DNA from: Candidatus Binatia bacterium
Lineage (GTDB): Bacteria; Desulfobacterota; Binatia; Bin18
Length of the DNA stretch: 64,000 bases
Assembly: GCA_963666315.2 (NCBI GenBank)
Contig: CAXXHG010000021.1
Location: 1-64,000 of the forward strand
Reading direction: 5' to 3'
The notes below the pieces were generated by a model, which saw nothing but the letters and a program-made list of their open reading frames with translations, was not told the origin of the DNA and made no database searches. Of this stretch, positions 20,838-30,760 are shown one piece after another. Numbering within the stretch: the stretch's first letter is position 1; each line of letters starts with the position of its first letter. The translations under genes were made by a program, and so were the position numbers.

Positions 20838-20898
20838 AGAAGCGACCCGATGTGGTCGCCCAGAGGGCGGACGGACAGCCACGCAGGGCGACCCCTAC
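20838..20898. repeat. Degenerate GTAG-family REP pair
   Basis: GCGACCCGATGTGGTCGCCC ... CAGCCACGCAGGGCGACCCCTAC. Confidence 0.55.
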
Positions 20899-20941
20899 AT
20901 CGTATGTCCTATAATCTCTGCTGTTTTTCTTAGAACTCCCT

Positions 20942-22117
20942 TTACTCAACCGCCCGAAACGCAAAGCGTGGGTCCGCCGCTCGGATCTCGACTTCAGGCA
21001 GACCGAGTTCCCTCCGAACCATATTTGTACCTTGGACCAGGGCGATACATTTGTAAAAGGCGATCCTGCGCGATAAGCCTTCACGCCCAAAGCCACAGTC
21101 TGCGGTAATGATCAGCCGTTCTGGTGGGATATATTCGAGCGCCTTACGAATAAGGTCGGCAATCATCTGTGGCGGCTCGACCGTGGTGACGGTGTGGTTG
21201 ATCACGCCAATGGCGATTTTCTTGTCGGTCTTATAGTTCTTGAGCAGTGGCAGATCGCGGCCCTGGTTGCTGGCCCCTTCCAGCATGAGTACATCCGCAT
21301 TGAGCTGTAGCAAATGGGGCAGCGAGCGTTCATAGCTGGGCCGTTCCCAGTAGAAGCTCTGTTGATTGGGATTGCCCCAACACGTATGCGCCCAAATCTC
21401 GGTATTGACACCCTCGACTTCACGGTTGAAGGCTTTGGTGTAGAATTCGAGATCTTTGTCGGTCGCCGGCGGTGTAGCGCAGCATGCAAAATGAAGCGGT
21501 GGCTCTTCGACCTGGATGACCGGACAGCCGGCATCGGCCAACTCACGGAGCTCTTCGTTGAGTGCGGCAGCCAGGTCCATAACCAGTTCCTGGTCGGTTT
21601 TGTAGTATTCGTTCCATAGCATCATGGGTAAACAGGTGGCGCTGATGGAGCCAAATTTGACGGACTTGTTCGTCATCTTTTGCGCGGTTTTCCAGATCGC
21701 AGCAAAATGCAACGGGCCGCGCGTGATTTTGTCTGTTACCGCGGGTGAATGATAGGCTTCCTGGACCTCGTACAGGATGTGCCCCGGTTTAATATCCGCA
21801 TAGTCCAGAAAGTGTGACGAGTCACGGAAGCCACCTATGCCTTTGAGGCGCTCAATGGTGTAGAAAAACCAAGAGCGGCCGCCTACTTCGAGATCGAAGC
21901 GTGTATCTCCATCAGTGAGAATGTCGAGTCCGGCTTGCTCTTGCTCGTTTACATAACAAGCCACCGCGTCAATATATTGTTCTCGATACACAGAATCCCC
22001 CATGGCGACTTTAAACGGTCGTCCGCGCAGGCTTTCGGTAAACCAGGTTGGCTTCGGAAATGACCCGACCATCGCCGTGGCCAGCTGTGTATCTTTTGTG
22101 GCATTAAACATCGTCAC
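20942..22117 (-). CDS. Cobalamin-independent methionine synthase II (MetE C-terminal-like) family protein
   Basis: VGSFPKP, AGLDILTDG, HTCWGN and DCGF Zn ligands. Confidence 0.88.
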   Translation of the reverse strand: MTMFNATKDTQLATAMVGSFPKPTWFTESLRGRPFKVAMGDSVYREQYIDAVACYVNEQEQAGLDILTDGDTRFDLEVGGRSWFFYTIERLKGIGGFRDSSHFLDYADIKPGHILYEVQEAYHSPAVTDKITRGPLHFAAIWKTAQKMTNKSVKFGSISATCLPMMLWNEYYKTDQELVMDLAAALNEELRELADAGCPVIQVEEPPLHFACCATPPATDKDLEFYTKAFNREVEGVNTEIWAHTCWGNPNQQSFYWERPSYERSLPHLLQLNADVLMLEGASNQGRDLPLLKNYKTDKKIAIGVINHTVTTVEPPQMIADLIRKALEYIPPERLIITADCGFGREGLSRRIAFYKCIALVQGTNMVRRELGLPEVEIRAADPRFAFRAVE

Positions 22118-22306
22118 CCCTCCTGTTGTGTCTATGTGGCTGGCAAATCATACACCTTGCAGCAGGGCGGCTGTCAACCCGAACCGGCGTCATCAGACAG
22201 CGATTATTCGAGCTGGGCGCTTGGTTTGAAGTGTGCTACAGGCTGCTAGAGGTGCGAAACCTTAGAACTAGGACTGATTCAGACGAAGAAGAAAGAGGAG
22301 CACGCC

Positions 22307-23188
22307 ATGCTACGCGGTATCTATTCTGCGCTCGTTACGCCTTTTGATGAAAAGGAAAACATTGATGAGAAGGGGTTAGAGAAACTGCTGGAATGGACAA
22401 TCGGCAAGGGCATTAGCGGCGTCTTTATTGTCAGTAGTACGGGCGAAGCCTGGGCTCTGAGCTTTGAGGAGAAGACGCGGCTTTTTAAGCAGACGGTTCA
22501 AATTGTTAATAAACGGGTCTCGGTCATTGCCGGTGTAGGTGTGCCATCAACCCGAGAGGCGATTCGTCTTACGGAAGCGGCCCAAGCGGCAGGCGCGGAT
22601 TATGTGTGTGCGGTGCCGCCCAGCTTTGTCCGGCCCACGCAGGACGAAATGGTCCAGCACTACAGTGCTATTGCTGAGGCGACGACCGTGCCCGTGCTGC
22701 TATACAATATTCCCATGCTGGCCGGTAATGTATTGGAGCCGCCGGCTGTGCGGACCTTGGCTGAGCGCTATGCCCATATCGCTGGGATGAAAGACAGTAG
22801 TGGTGATCTGACCTTGCTCAATAACTTGATGCTCCAGCGTCGAGTTGATTTTAGCGTGCTGACCGGGATTGACACCTTAGTGCTGCCAGGGCTCCTAGCC
22901 GGCAGCCAGGGCGCTATCTTAGGCAGTGCGAATGTATGCCCTGAGCTCTCGCTGGAAATCGTCCGTTTGTTTGATGCCGGTCGGCACGACAAGGCCTGGG
23001 AAGTCCAAAACCGCTTAACCCGCTTTTGGTTAGCCATGGGCTTGGGATCCTTTCCGGCACCTATCAAGGCGGCTATGGAACTCCGGGGTCTTCCTGCAGG
23101 TCCGGCTCGTAGTCCGATCGCTGCGCTGACAGACGAAGCCCGTGGGACTTTGCAACAAGAATTACAAACTATGCGCGTAGTGGAGTGA
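22307..23188 (+). CDS. Dihydrodipicolinate synthase / N-acetylneuraminate lyase family protein
   Basis: ALVTPF, SSTGE, LYNIP, GMKDSSGD. Confidence 0.9.
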   Translation: MLRGIYSALVTPFDEKENIDEKGLEKLLEWTIGKGISGVFIVSSTGEAWALSFEEKTRLFKQTVQIVNKRVSVIAGVGVPSTREAIRLTEAAQAAGADYVCAVPPSFVRPTQDEMVQHYSAIAEATTVPVLLYNIPMLAGNVLEPPAVRTLAERYAHIAGMKDSSGDLTLLNNLMLQRRVDFSVLTGIDTLVLPGLLAGSQGAILGSANVCPELSLEIVRLFDAGRHDKAWEVQNRLTRFWLAMGLGSFPAPIKAAMELRGLPAGPARSPIAALTDEARGTLQQELQTMRVVE

Positions 23189-23207
23189 GATGATTGGAGA
23201 ACCTTTT

Positions 23208-23239
23208 TGCTTGCAAGGGTTAGCGATTTTTGCTAGCGT
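23208..23239 (+). promoter_or_regulatory. XRE operator/promoter box 1 (TTGCAA-17-TAGCGT)
   Basis: TGCTTGCAAGGGTTAGCGATTTTTGCTAGC; -10 ends 6 nt before ATG (leaderless-like). Confidence 0.7.
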
Positions 23240-23245
23240 TCTTAT

Positions 23246-23614
23246 ATGGGCGGCAGCAGACCAGATCCGTATGTCAATCTTGGTGTGTTCATCAAGCGTC
23301 AGCGGGAATTGGCACAGCTCTCAGTTCGGCAGTTAGCAGATATGTGTGGCATATCAAATCCGTATCTCAGCCAAATTGAGCGCGGTCTGCGAACGCCGAG
23401 CAGCATGATCCTGCAGTCTCTAGCCAAAGGGTTGCGTATGTCAGCTGAGACCCTATACGTACAAGCCGGAATGATCGACCCGCAGGAGGCCGAGGCAAGT
23501 GATGTAGTCAAGGCCGTTTTGCATGATCCGGATCTCTCGGCACGGCAACGCGAGATGATGATCGATATGTATCGCTCCTTCCGGAAAGTCAACGAGGTAG
23601 GCGGGGGAGTCTGA
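23246..23614 (+). CDS. XRE-family HTH regulator, Rv0474/MLDSR-like
   Basis: SVRQLADMCGISNPYLSQIERGLRTPS...SAETLYVQAG...DPDLSARQR. Confidence 0.88.
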   Translation: MGGSRPDPYVNLGVFIKRQRELAQLSVRQLADMCGISNPYLSQIERGLRTPSSMILQSLAKGLRMSAETLYVQAGMIDPQEAEASDVVKAVLHDPDLSARQREMMIDMYRSFRKVNEVGGGV

Positions 23615-23636
23615 AAATCGTATTTTTTGTTATCAG

Positions 23637-23668
23637 TGCTTGCAAAAGTTAGCGCTTTGAGTTAGCAT
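23637..23668 (+). promoter_or_regulatory. XRE operator/promoter box 2 (TTGCAA-17-TAGCAT)
   Basis: TGCTTGCAAAAGTTAGCGCTTTGAGTTAGC, 24/30 identical to box 1. Confidence 0.7.
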
Positions 23669-23731
23669 TTATTTATCAACGAGGTCTGCGCCTATACACG
23701 CAAAAATCAAAACGCAACAGGGAGGTTTTTC

Positions 23732-24096
23732 TTGGCAGATACTATGTGGGGATGTAGCTCTTTTAGCAAGATGTTTGACGGGGCAAACAATCCGGTCGTC
23801 AATTTGACGGGGCAAACAATCCGGTCGTCAAGATGATGAGTGAGATGAACGCCCCGCTCAGCGAGTCAATGAAGCAGATGGCCGCTCAGTCGATTGAGTC
23901 TGGAGAAAAATGGGCGAATCAGGCCTTCGAATTGAACGCAAAGGCGACCGGATGGGCCAAGGATACTCCGTTTGCCTCGATTTTCGATACGCAGCGGACG
24001 TTCGCCCGCAAGGCTTTTGAATCGTCGACGGCAATGGCCCGCCAGATATGGCAGCTTGAGGTCAAGGCTGAAGAGACAGCTGAGACGGCTGTCTAA
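23732..24096 (+). CDS. Small amphipathic helical phasin-like protein; 5' end disrupted by a 29-bp duplication
   Basis: Ala/Gln/Glu-rich helical ORF 23833-24096; removing one repeat copy extends the frame to TTG 23732 with a GGAGG RBS. Confidence 0.6.
23774..23831. repeat. 29-bp perfect tandem duplication
   Basis: TTTGACGGGGCAAACAATCCGGTCGTCAA x2. Confidence 0.92.
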
Positions 24097-24161
24097 TTCG
24101 TTCGATCTGTATTGCGACGACAAGGGTAACGAGCCTGGCGTCGCTGCCCTTGTCTTTTTCT

Positions 24162-24875
24162 CTACTTCTCTTCTGAGGCGAGGCCTGCGGCTTCTCTCAT
24201 GCCTGCAGGCCTGACAATCAGCTTGCGGCCATCTCTGAGCAGGAACTGCTGCCGTTCTAACTCTTTCATATGCTCAGTGACTTTCTGCCGCGACGCACCT
24301 ACGAGATCGGCTAAGTCTTCATGCGTGAGTTGTAAGGTCAACATCATTCCACGCGCATCCTGAACGCCGAATTTTTGGGCGAGTTCGAGGAGCGCCAGCG
24401 CGAGCTTTTGGTGTAGGTTCGAACTCTGGAAGCGGGTATAGCGGTAGAGCAAGGCGAACCAACGTCCGACTGTCCCCTCCATCATTGAGCTAAACTCGGC
24501 AAAGGGGATGTCTAAGAGCGTTGTCACAAAAACGTCCGGTCGAACGGAACTGATCCAACAATCGCTAAAGGCTTCAGAGCGAAAGGCCCGGCACATACCC
24601 GGCATCAATGAGGTAATGCCAAAGAGTTCGCCAGGAGCGATTAAACTGACTAAGACGTGCTCTTCGTCTGGAGTAGGTAGGGACAGTTTGACAACGCCGG
24701 AGATCAAGAGATACACCGAATCCGAGGGGACTCCCTCGTTAAAGACAATTGTCCGTTTTTCGATATGGTGGAGGGTCATCTGATCGAGCAGCTGTTCGAT
24801 TTGGCGATCAGACGCCCAGGGAAATGCCTTGAGTCGGCGGATGGTTTTGACATTTAAGACTGGTGTGCGGGCCAT
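24162..24875 (-). CDS. Crp/Fnr family transcriptional regulator
   Basis: cNMP-like barrel (GELFG), HTH LTHEDLADLVGASRQKVT. Confidence 0.92.
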   Translation of the reverse strand: MARTPVLNVKTIRRLKAFPWASDRQIEQLLDQMTLHHIEKRTIVFNEGVPSDSVYLLISGVVKLSLPTPDEEHVLVSLIAPGELFGITSLMPGMCRAFRSEAFSDCWISSVRPDVFVTTLLDIPFAEFSSMMEGTVGRWFALLYRYTRFQSSNLHQKLALALLELAQKFGVQDARGMMLTLQLTHEDLADLVGASRQKVTEHMKELERQQFLLRDGRKLIVRPAGMREAAGLASEEK

Positions 24876-24963
24876 GTTTTCCCCATACAAGAATAGTAGC
24901 TGTCAGGCTGAACGTAGTGATTCAGCACTGCAGCATCCTTTCTTTTGTCCCTTCCTTTGTTCT

Positions 24964-24991
24964 TATTTTTGTCACCTAGGTGACAAAAATA
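24964..24991. promoter_or_regulatory. Crp/CooA-type site TGTCA-N6-TGACA within a 28-bp perfect palindrome
   Basis: TATTTTTGTCACCTAGGTGACAAAAATA. Confidence 0.72.
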
Positions 24992-25130
24992 CAAGATGCC
25001 TCGTGCACCCTGCTGTTTCTCTCACACTGAGATATGCATAGACGCGACCTGCTTTTCATGTAATATACTTGGCTTATAAAAAGACTGTGCATAGGGCACA
25101 AATTCTGCGTTTGACGATGAAGGAGGGCGG

Positions 25131-25568
25131 ATGCGAAACACTCAGATGGATCACAGACTACTTTCTTATGTGGTGATGGCCAGCTGCTTGTTTGTCTGGG
25201 CTTGTGGCGAACGGCCTATGGGACCGAAAGAAGAGCAGGCGATTCAAAATGTGAAGAGTTACCAACCCGAAGAGGGCTTCAGTGTTGTCTCGAATATTGA
25301 GGTGCGCGGGCAGGATGCTGGTCGCGCGGGCAATGCATGGACAATGAAGTCGTGGGAGGCCGGGGTATTGTCCCAGCAAGACCGTATTTACGATGAACTG
25401 AGTCAGTATTTCAATATCTTTGAAGCCCCGGGCGGCCGTTGGGTCCGGTTCTCGTATACGGATAAAGATGGGGTGCATGAAGCACTCTGGGAGACCGATC
25501 TCTACAAAAAGAAGGTCGAGGCGACAAATGACGTTGCCAAAGAACTCATGACGTCACCAACCCCGTAA
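25131..25568 (+). CDS. Hypothetical lipoprotein
   Basis: Lipobox-like VWAC after a hydrophobic stretch; GGAGG RBS. Confidence 0.7.
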   Translation: MRNTQMDHRLLSYVVMASCLFVWACGERPMGPKEEQAIQNVKSYQPEEGFSVVSNIEVRGQDAGRAGNAWTMKSWEAGVLSQQDRIYDELSQYFNIFEAPGGRWVRFSYTDKDGVHEALWETDLYKKKVEATNDVAKELMTSPTP

Positions 25569-25688
25569 CGCTCACGTACTGATCTGCCCGTGTGGTGAAA
25601 ACAAAGCGAGGGGGAACAGCCGTCATTCTGCTCCCCCCCAACCCTACCAGCTCGGTTGTTTTTTTCTCAGCATCCCCTTGGCGTCTGC

Positions 25689-26513
25689 TTATGCTGAAAA
25701 AGACGCAACAGTCAGGTTTGTTTCGCGTTCTTTCTGGTGCAGACGAGAAAGAATGTCTGCCAGAACGCGGTAGACTTGAGGGTTGACTATTAAGCCGATA
25801 TGGCGTCCTGTCACTTCCCGGTTCTCCCGGTGTGGATCAATACTGGCGTTCCACTCGACGACTTCATCTTGTTTCGAGAAAATGGATGTAAACCCAACCT
25901 CCTGCGGCAGCGGGGAAATCACACTGCGATTGAAGTGGCAGTTACAGTGCAGGGTACCGCACTCCGCAGGAAGCTCTCCGCGCCAGCGCCGAAAGGGTTG
26001 GAGGACGCGCGAAGCAAAAAGAACCAAAGGGCTGACATTTTCTGTGCGCTGTATGGGTGAGCCCATGGTCACCACGTAGCGTACTTGATCAGGAAAATTT
26101 GCGCCTAAGAACCGGGCCAACATACCGCCCAGACTATGGCCAAAAACGATGAGCGGACGGCCGGTCTCACGAGTAATCTGATTCAGCCGCCAACGCAGCA
26201 GATGTCCGGTCCGATTTGGGCAATCTATATTCCAGTCCAATCCGGAGAAATACGGGTTATAGCCCATCCGGCTCAGCCAGCCGGCTAACAACTGCAGGGT
26301 CCAGTCCCCGGCTAAGAAGCCGGGTATAAGCAAAACCGGCTGACCCGATACCTTGGGGCCGGGTGGATTGCGATAGACTGGATCGCGGAGTAAGGCACGC
26401 AGTTGTCGGTATGCGTCCGGGTATGTAGCGGTCAGTTGCCAGAACAGCGCGCCGAAGCTTGCAGTTTCAGCTGGTGCTGTAAAGGAGTCGGAAAACGAAG
26501 AGTGCGGTGCCAT
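25689..26513 (-). CDS. Alpha/beta hydrolase, triacylglycerol lipase/esterase-like
   Basis: PVLLIPGF, GHSLGG nucleophile elbow, DEVV, HIGL. Confidence 0.87.
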   Translation of the reverse strand: MAPHSSFSDSFTAPAETASFGALFWQLTATYPDAYRQLRALLRDPVYRNPPGPKVSGQPVLLIPGFLAGDWTLQLLAGWLSRMGYNPYFSGLDWNIDCPNRTGHLLRWRLNQITRETGRPLIVFGHSLGGMLARFLGANFPDQVRYVVTMGSPIQRTENVSPLVLFASRVLQPFRRWRGELPAECGTLHCNCHFNRSVISPLPQEVGFTSIFSKQDEVVEWNASIDPHRENREVTGRHIGLIVNPQVYRVLADILSRLHQKERETNLTVASFSA

Positions 26514-26548
26514 CCTGCTGCTGTGTCCGGGGTCGCCACTATGTTTTT

Positions 26549-26578
26549 GCTAGCAATGGGTGTTAACTTTTGCAAGCA
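26549..26578 (-). promoter_or_regulatory. XRE operator box 3 upstream of the lipase
   Basis: Minus strand TGCTTGCAAAAGTTAACACCCATTGCTAGC, same spacing as boxes 1 and 2. Confidence 0.68.
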
Positions 26579-26648
26579 TAGCAAAAACAATGACGGAACG
26601 GAAGCGAATGCAGACGAGTGGTAGCTGCCGGTCACAGACAAAGGCGGC

Positions 26649-27260
26649 TCAATTGAAAAGCAGCAGGTGACAGCTTTGGGGTAAACGGCGAGTGAGACCG
26701 TTGACCACATGGCCTCGCAGCATGTGATAAACCGCGCTGCGGCGGCTCACCCCCATCATGACTGTATCAACGGCAAGGATGTCGGCTGCCCGAGCAAGAG
26801 CCTCTGCGGCATTATAGGAGACTGTCCACACCGGGATGAGCTCAAACTCCTGGCGTTGGGCAGCCTCCGCCGCGAATCTAAGCGTCTCGAGGTCCTCTAG
26901 CCCGTCGATTATGATGAGCGCGGTAAAGGGGGCCTCAAAAACTAACTCATCCAGTAGGTGATCAAGATTACGGTATTTGCGTTGCGTCACATAGTTCTGA
27001 CATTTGTGCAAATCTTCCGGCCGCTCTTGAAGCGCCTCGAACAGGATCTTCCGCACCATTCGCTTGTCCGACTCGAAAGAGAGTGAGAACTGCAAAATCT
27101 GTACGGCTACGTGGCGCAGTGGGTCATGTGACGCAAGTTCGTTTTCGAAAACATAGAGACGCGGTTGTTTGCCCAGTAGGTCTATCAAGTAGCCATCCGG
27201 GATGTTCCGCTGTCCGCCCTTCAGCCCGATTTTTCTCTTAATATCGAGATAAATCCTCTG
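26649..27260 (-). pseudogene. Chimeric fragment: nuclease-like N-part fused to a universal-stress-domain C-terminus; truncated by IS6
   Basis: IPDGYLIDL...YVFENEL then AADILAVDTVMMGVSRRSAVYHMLRGHVV. Confidence 0.55.
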
Positions 27261-28100
27261 GGTACTGTCAAGTTATCGAGGCCCTTGTACAGCAGTGACT
27301 CTGCATGCCGTAATTGAGGCATGCCCTTACCTACCACAGACTCATATAAGAATCATCGGTTTCCGCCCGAAATCATTGCCCATGCGGTCTAGCTGTATCA
27401 CCGTTTTAGCCTCAGTTTCCGCGAAGTCGAGGAACTCTTGGCCGAGCGGGGCGTGATCGTCAGCTACGAGGCCGTGCGCCTCTGGTGTCTCAAGTTCGGG
27501 CAGACCTTCGCCAAGAAGCTCCGACAGCGGCGTGGACGACCAGGCGACACCTGGCATCTGGATGAGCTATTCATCCGGATTAGGGGCGAGCGCTATTACT
27601 TGTGGCGGGCCGACGATCAGGACGGGCAGGTGCTGGATATTCTCGTGCAGAAACGCCGCAATACTGGGGCGGCTAAGCGCTTCTTTCGCAAGTTGTTGAA
27701 GGGTTTACACTACGCCCCCAACCGCCTGGTTACCGATAAACTCCGTAGCTACGGGGCAGCCTATCGAGTCAGTATGCCGTCCGTCCATCACTGTACAATA
27801 CAGTACGCCAATAATCGCGCCGAAGTCTCCCACCAACCCACGCGCCAGCGCGAGCGCCACATGCGTCGCTTCAAATCTTTGCGCCACGTCCAACGCTTTC
27901 TCTCCGTCCACAGCCCGATCAACAATCTCTTTCGGGTAGGTCGCCACCTCATGAAGGCGGCGCATTATCGGCTGTTTCGAGATCAAGCATTTGTGACCTG
28001 GCGAGCGGTGACGACGGGACTGGCAGCAGCCTAAGGGGAAATCTCATTCGCCCTCACAACACGTGAGGTTTGTGCTATCTCCCGATAACTTGACAGTACC
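27261..28100 (+). mobile_element. IS6-family element, copy 1 (transposase with premature stop)
   Basis: 18-bp perfect terminal IRs GGTACTGTCAAGTTATCG; ORF 27321-28034 with TAG at 27390; WHLDE, TDKL, NNRAE motifs. Confidence 0.93.
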
Positions 28101-28280
28101 CCAACAAGGCCACTGGCTCCGGCGATACAAATCGTCTTGGATTCAGTCACCCTCTCTCCGTTTGTTGAGTCATCCTTCGATAAAATCTGGAGCAACCACC
28201 TCGTCTATGACCCGGAAGTCTCTTTGACACAGGGCCTCCTCCCGGATGCGACGCATTTTCGCTTTATTTTCCTCTGACAT
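28101..28280 (-). pseudogene. Two N-terminal gene stubs: ester cyclase-like (28170-28280) and Rossmann-fold VTESKTICIAGASGLVG cut by IS6
   Basis: Manual translation MSEENKAKMRRIREEAL...IDEVVAPDFIEG*; GASGLVG abuts the IS end. Confidence 0.55.
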
Positions 28281-28316
28281 GGTTCTCTGCCAAACAGCAC
28301 TCATGAAAGAGCACCG

Positions 28317-28727
28317 CTAGCTATCGAATGTCCCACCAATAGCAGCCGTGTCGTTGTATTCGCGCAAATACGTGAGCTTCCCATCCGGCGCGAATCGGAA
28401 TTCCCAGATGAACGCCATGTCGCAGGCGCGACCCGTTGCGACCGACTTGCCGTTTTTTTCTACTCCGGTCGCTGCCAGAATACGTGTCTCCGGGTCGAAA
28501 ATAAAATCATGGAATACGAGTTCGCCGATCACCCACGTCTCTGACAGTTGGGCTAAATACTTTTGCAATCCCGACACGCCCTCGTAGCGGCCGCCAAACG
28601 GAATATGGGACGGTAGAAAATTCTCCCAGGCGAAATCATCCGTCATCATTTTCACGCACTCGGGGAAGTCCGTCAGGAGGAATCCCATATACTTGTTCAC
28701 TGTGTCGATAGCCTGTTGTTTTGTCAT
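28317..28727 (-). CDS. NTF2/SnoaL-like protein
   Basis: IPFGGRYEG, ATGR, REYNDT. Confidence 0.82.
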   Translation of the reverse strand: MTKQQAIDTVNKYMGFLLTDFPECVKMMTDDFAWENFLPSHIPFGGRYEGVSGLQKYLAQLSETWVIGELVFHDFIFDPETRILAATGVEKNGKSVATGRACDMAFIWEFRFAPDGKLTYLREYNDTAAIGGTFDS

Positions 28728-28892
28728 TTTCTCACCTCGCTCGTGTGGGTTTCTACCGGAGACGCATACTGTACGATGCGGCACGCGCTCCGGGATACGG
28801 ATTCTGCTTCACTTATAATAAATTGTCCATTTTAGGTTAGGGACATTAATGGCCGGTCTACTCGCTGACACCTCAGGCTGAGCCCTGCTACA

Positions 28893-28920
28893 GGTACTGC
28901 CAACTTAACGAGGGGCTTAC
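28893..28920 (+). mobile_element. Isolated degenerate IS6 end
   Basis: GGTACTGCCAACTTAACGAGG resembles GGTACTGTCAAGTTATCGAGG. Confidence 0.45.
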
Positions 28921-28955
28921 GGCCAGGAACATTGTCCGTATAGATTCAGATCTGC

Positions 28956-29411
28956 CTACTCCGAATGCCCTTGTGGCTGCGGATAGCGCCCCGTCACATC
29001 TTTATACCCGTGCATATGCGTCGGAGAGATGCGTACGATGATCTGATCTTCCTCACTATTAAGTTTTCCATAGGTCTCAGCCAAGTCCTGGCCCATATAA
29101 CGCCCCCCAATCCGCGTCGCCCAAGGGTGCCGTTGGTCGGCATCGTCAGACAGGACGGCCGTGCCTTCGAGTTCGACGTAGGCGAACGGCGTCACCTCAT
29201 CATCGACACACAAACTGACCCGGGGATCACGGCGCAGGTTCTTTCCCTTGCGCGAGTCCCGCCCCGTCATGAAGACGATCGTCTCCCCCTCAAGATCGTA
29301 CCAGATGGGCACGATATGGGGCCGTCCGTCTTTGCGGAGCGTGGCCAGCTTGCCGGTCCGCACCGGACGGCGTAAGAAATCCCAACATTCTTCACGTGTC
29401 ATGCGTTCCAT
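28956..29411 (-). CDS. PPOX class F420-dependent oxidoreductase
   Basis: LATLRKDGRPHIVPIWY, KGKNLRRDPRVSLCVD. Confidence 0.9.
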   Translation of the reverse strand: MERMTREECWDFLRRPVRTGKLATLRKDGRPHIVPIWYDLEGETIVFMTGRDSRKGKNLRRDPRVSLCVDDEVTPFAYVELEGTAVLSDDADQRHPWATRIGGRYMGQDLAETYGKLNSEEDQIIVRISPTHMHGYKDVTGRYPQPQGHSE

Positions 29412-29575
29412 TACTACTCTCCCCTCCAGCTGATCACGACTTCTGCTCTGCCCAGCCTTCGTTTAGCGGCCTCCAGTAGAGGATATGAAACTTCCGCGAC
29501 GAATTTCCACGTATCGCCGACTTTTTTATACACATCATCGTAGTACGGGTCTATTCCAAGTGGGTAGGGGCAGAG

Positions 29576-30414
29576 CGCACTGTCAAGTTATCGGGGCAGG
29601 GTACGAAAATCACGTAGTGTGAGGTAAGATGAGGGGCATCCTTACGCCACTTCCAGCCCCATTGTCACGTCTCGCCAGGTCGTAAAGGCCCGCTCTCGAA
29701 ACAGTCGATAGTGGCCCGCCTGCATCAAGTGCCGTCCAATCCGAAAGAGATTGTTGATCGGTCCATGGACAGAGAGGAACCGTTGAACCTGTCGCAGAGA
29801 CTTGAAGCGGCGCATGTGGCGTTCGCGTTGGCGGGTGGGTTGGTGAGAGACCTCAGCCCGGTTGTTAGCGTACTGCCTGGTGTAGTGAGTCACGGATGGC
29901 ATGGTAATCCGATGAGCAGCCCCATAGCTGCGCAGTTTATCAGTGACCAGCCGATTGGGAACGTAGCGCAGCCCCTTCAACAACTTGCGAAAGAACCGTG
30001 TGGCCGCACCTGTATTCCGGCGTTTCTGCACCAGAGTATCAAGCGTGTCTCCATCCTGATCTACTGCCCGCCACAAGTAATAGCGCTTGCCCCTGATGCG
30101 GATGAACAATTCATCCAGATGCCAGGTGTCGCCTGGCTGTCCCCGTCGTCGGCGTAGTTTCTTGGCGAAGGCTCGCCCAAACTTGAAACACCACTGCCGC
30201 ACCGCTTCATGGCTGACGATGACACCGCGTTCGGCCAATAGCTCTTCCACCTCCCGGAAGCTCAGGCTGAAACGGTGATGGAGCCACACCGCGTGGGCGA
30301 TTATTTCAGCGGGAAACCAGTGATTCCTATAGAGACTTGTGGTACGAGAGGGCATCCCATGATTACTGCACTTCACTGCGACGCTTCACAAGGGACCAAC
30401 AACTTGACAATACC
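29576..30414 (-). mobile_element. IS6-family element, copy 2 (intact transposase ORF 29642-30376)
   Basis: Imperfect IRs GCACTGTCAAGTT / GGTATTGTCAAGTT; DDE motifs as in copy 1. Confidence 0.92.
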
Positions 30415-30611
30415 CTGCAGATCGTTCGATCCGTAGCAAACCTGATTGCGGAAGAAAACCCGCTCGATACTGGATCGAAATTGGGAAACTCTGCGCATTG
30501 CTGACGTCTGACCTCGATCTCACGTTCCTACCTGTCGTTTCGTGGTCGCCTGTTTCCTACTGCGATCCCCTAGGACCAGCATCTTTCGACTAAATCCGCT
30601 AAAAGGATAGC

Positions 30612-30760
30612 ATGGAGAGCGCGTCATCAGGCAGCAACGCACCGAGTATACCTCCTGGCATCACACGTGAAGACGTTGAAAAGGCGATCCGGGAGTTCGA
30701 GGCAGGAGTCGAACATGGCTTTGGGCCTTCCACGTTTTACGACCTTGCGGTCAAGCCGAC
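30612..30760 (+). pseudogene. N-terminal stub resembling the head domain of McrA/McrB-like restriction proteins
   Basis: IPPGITREDVEKAIREFEAGVEHGFGPSTFYDL. Confidence 0.45.
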
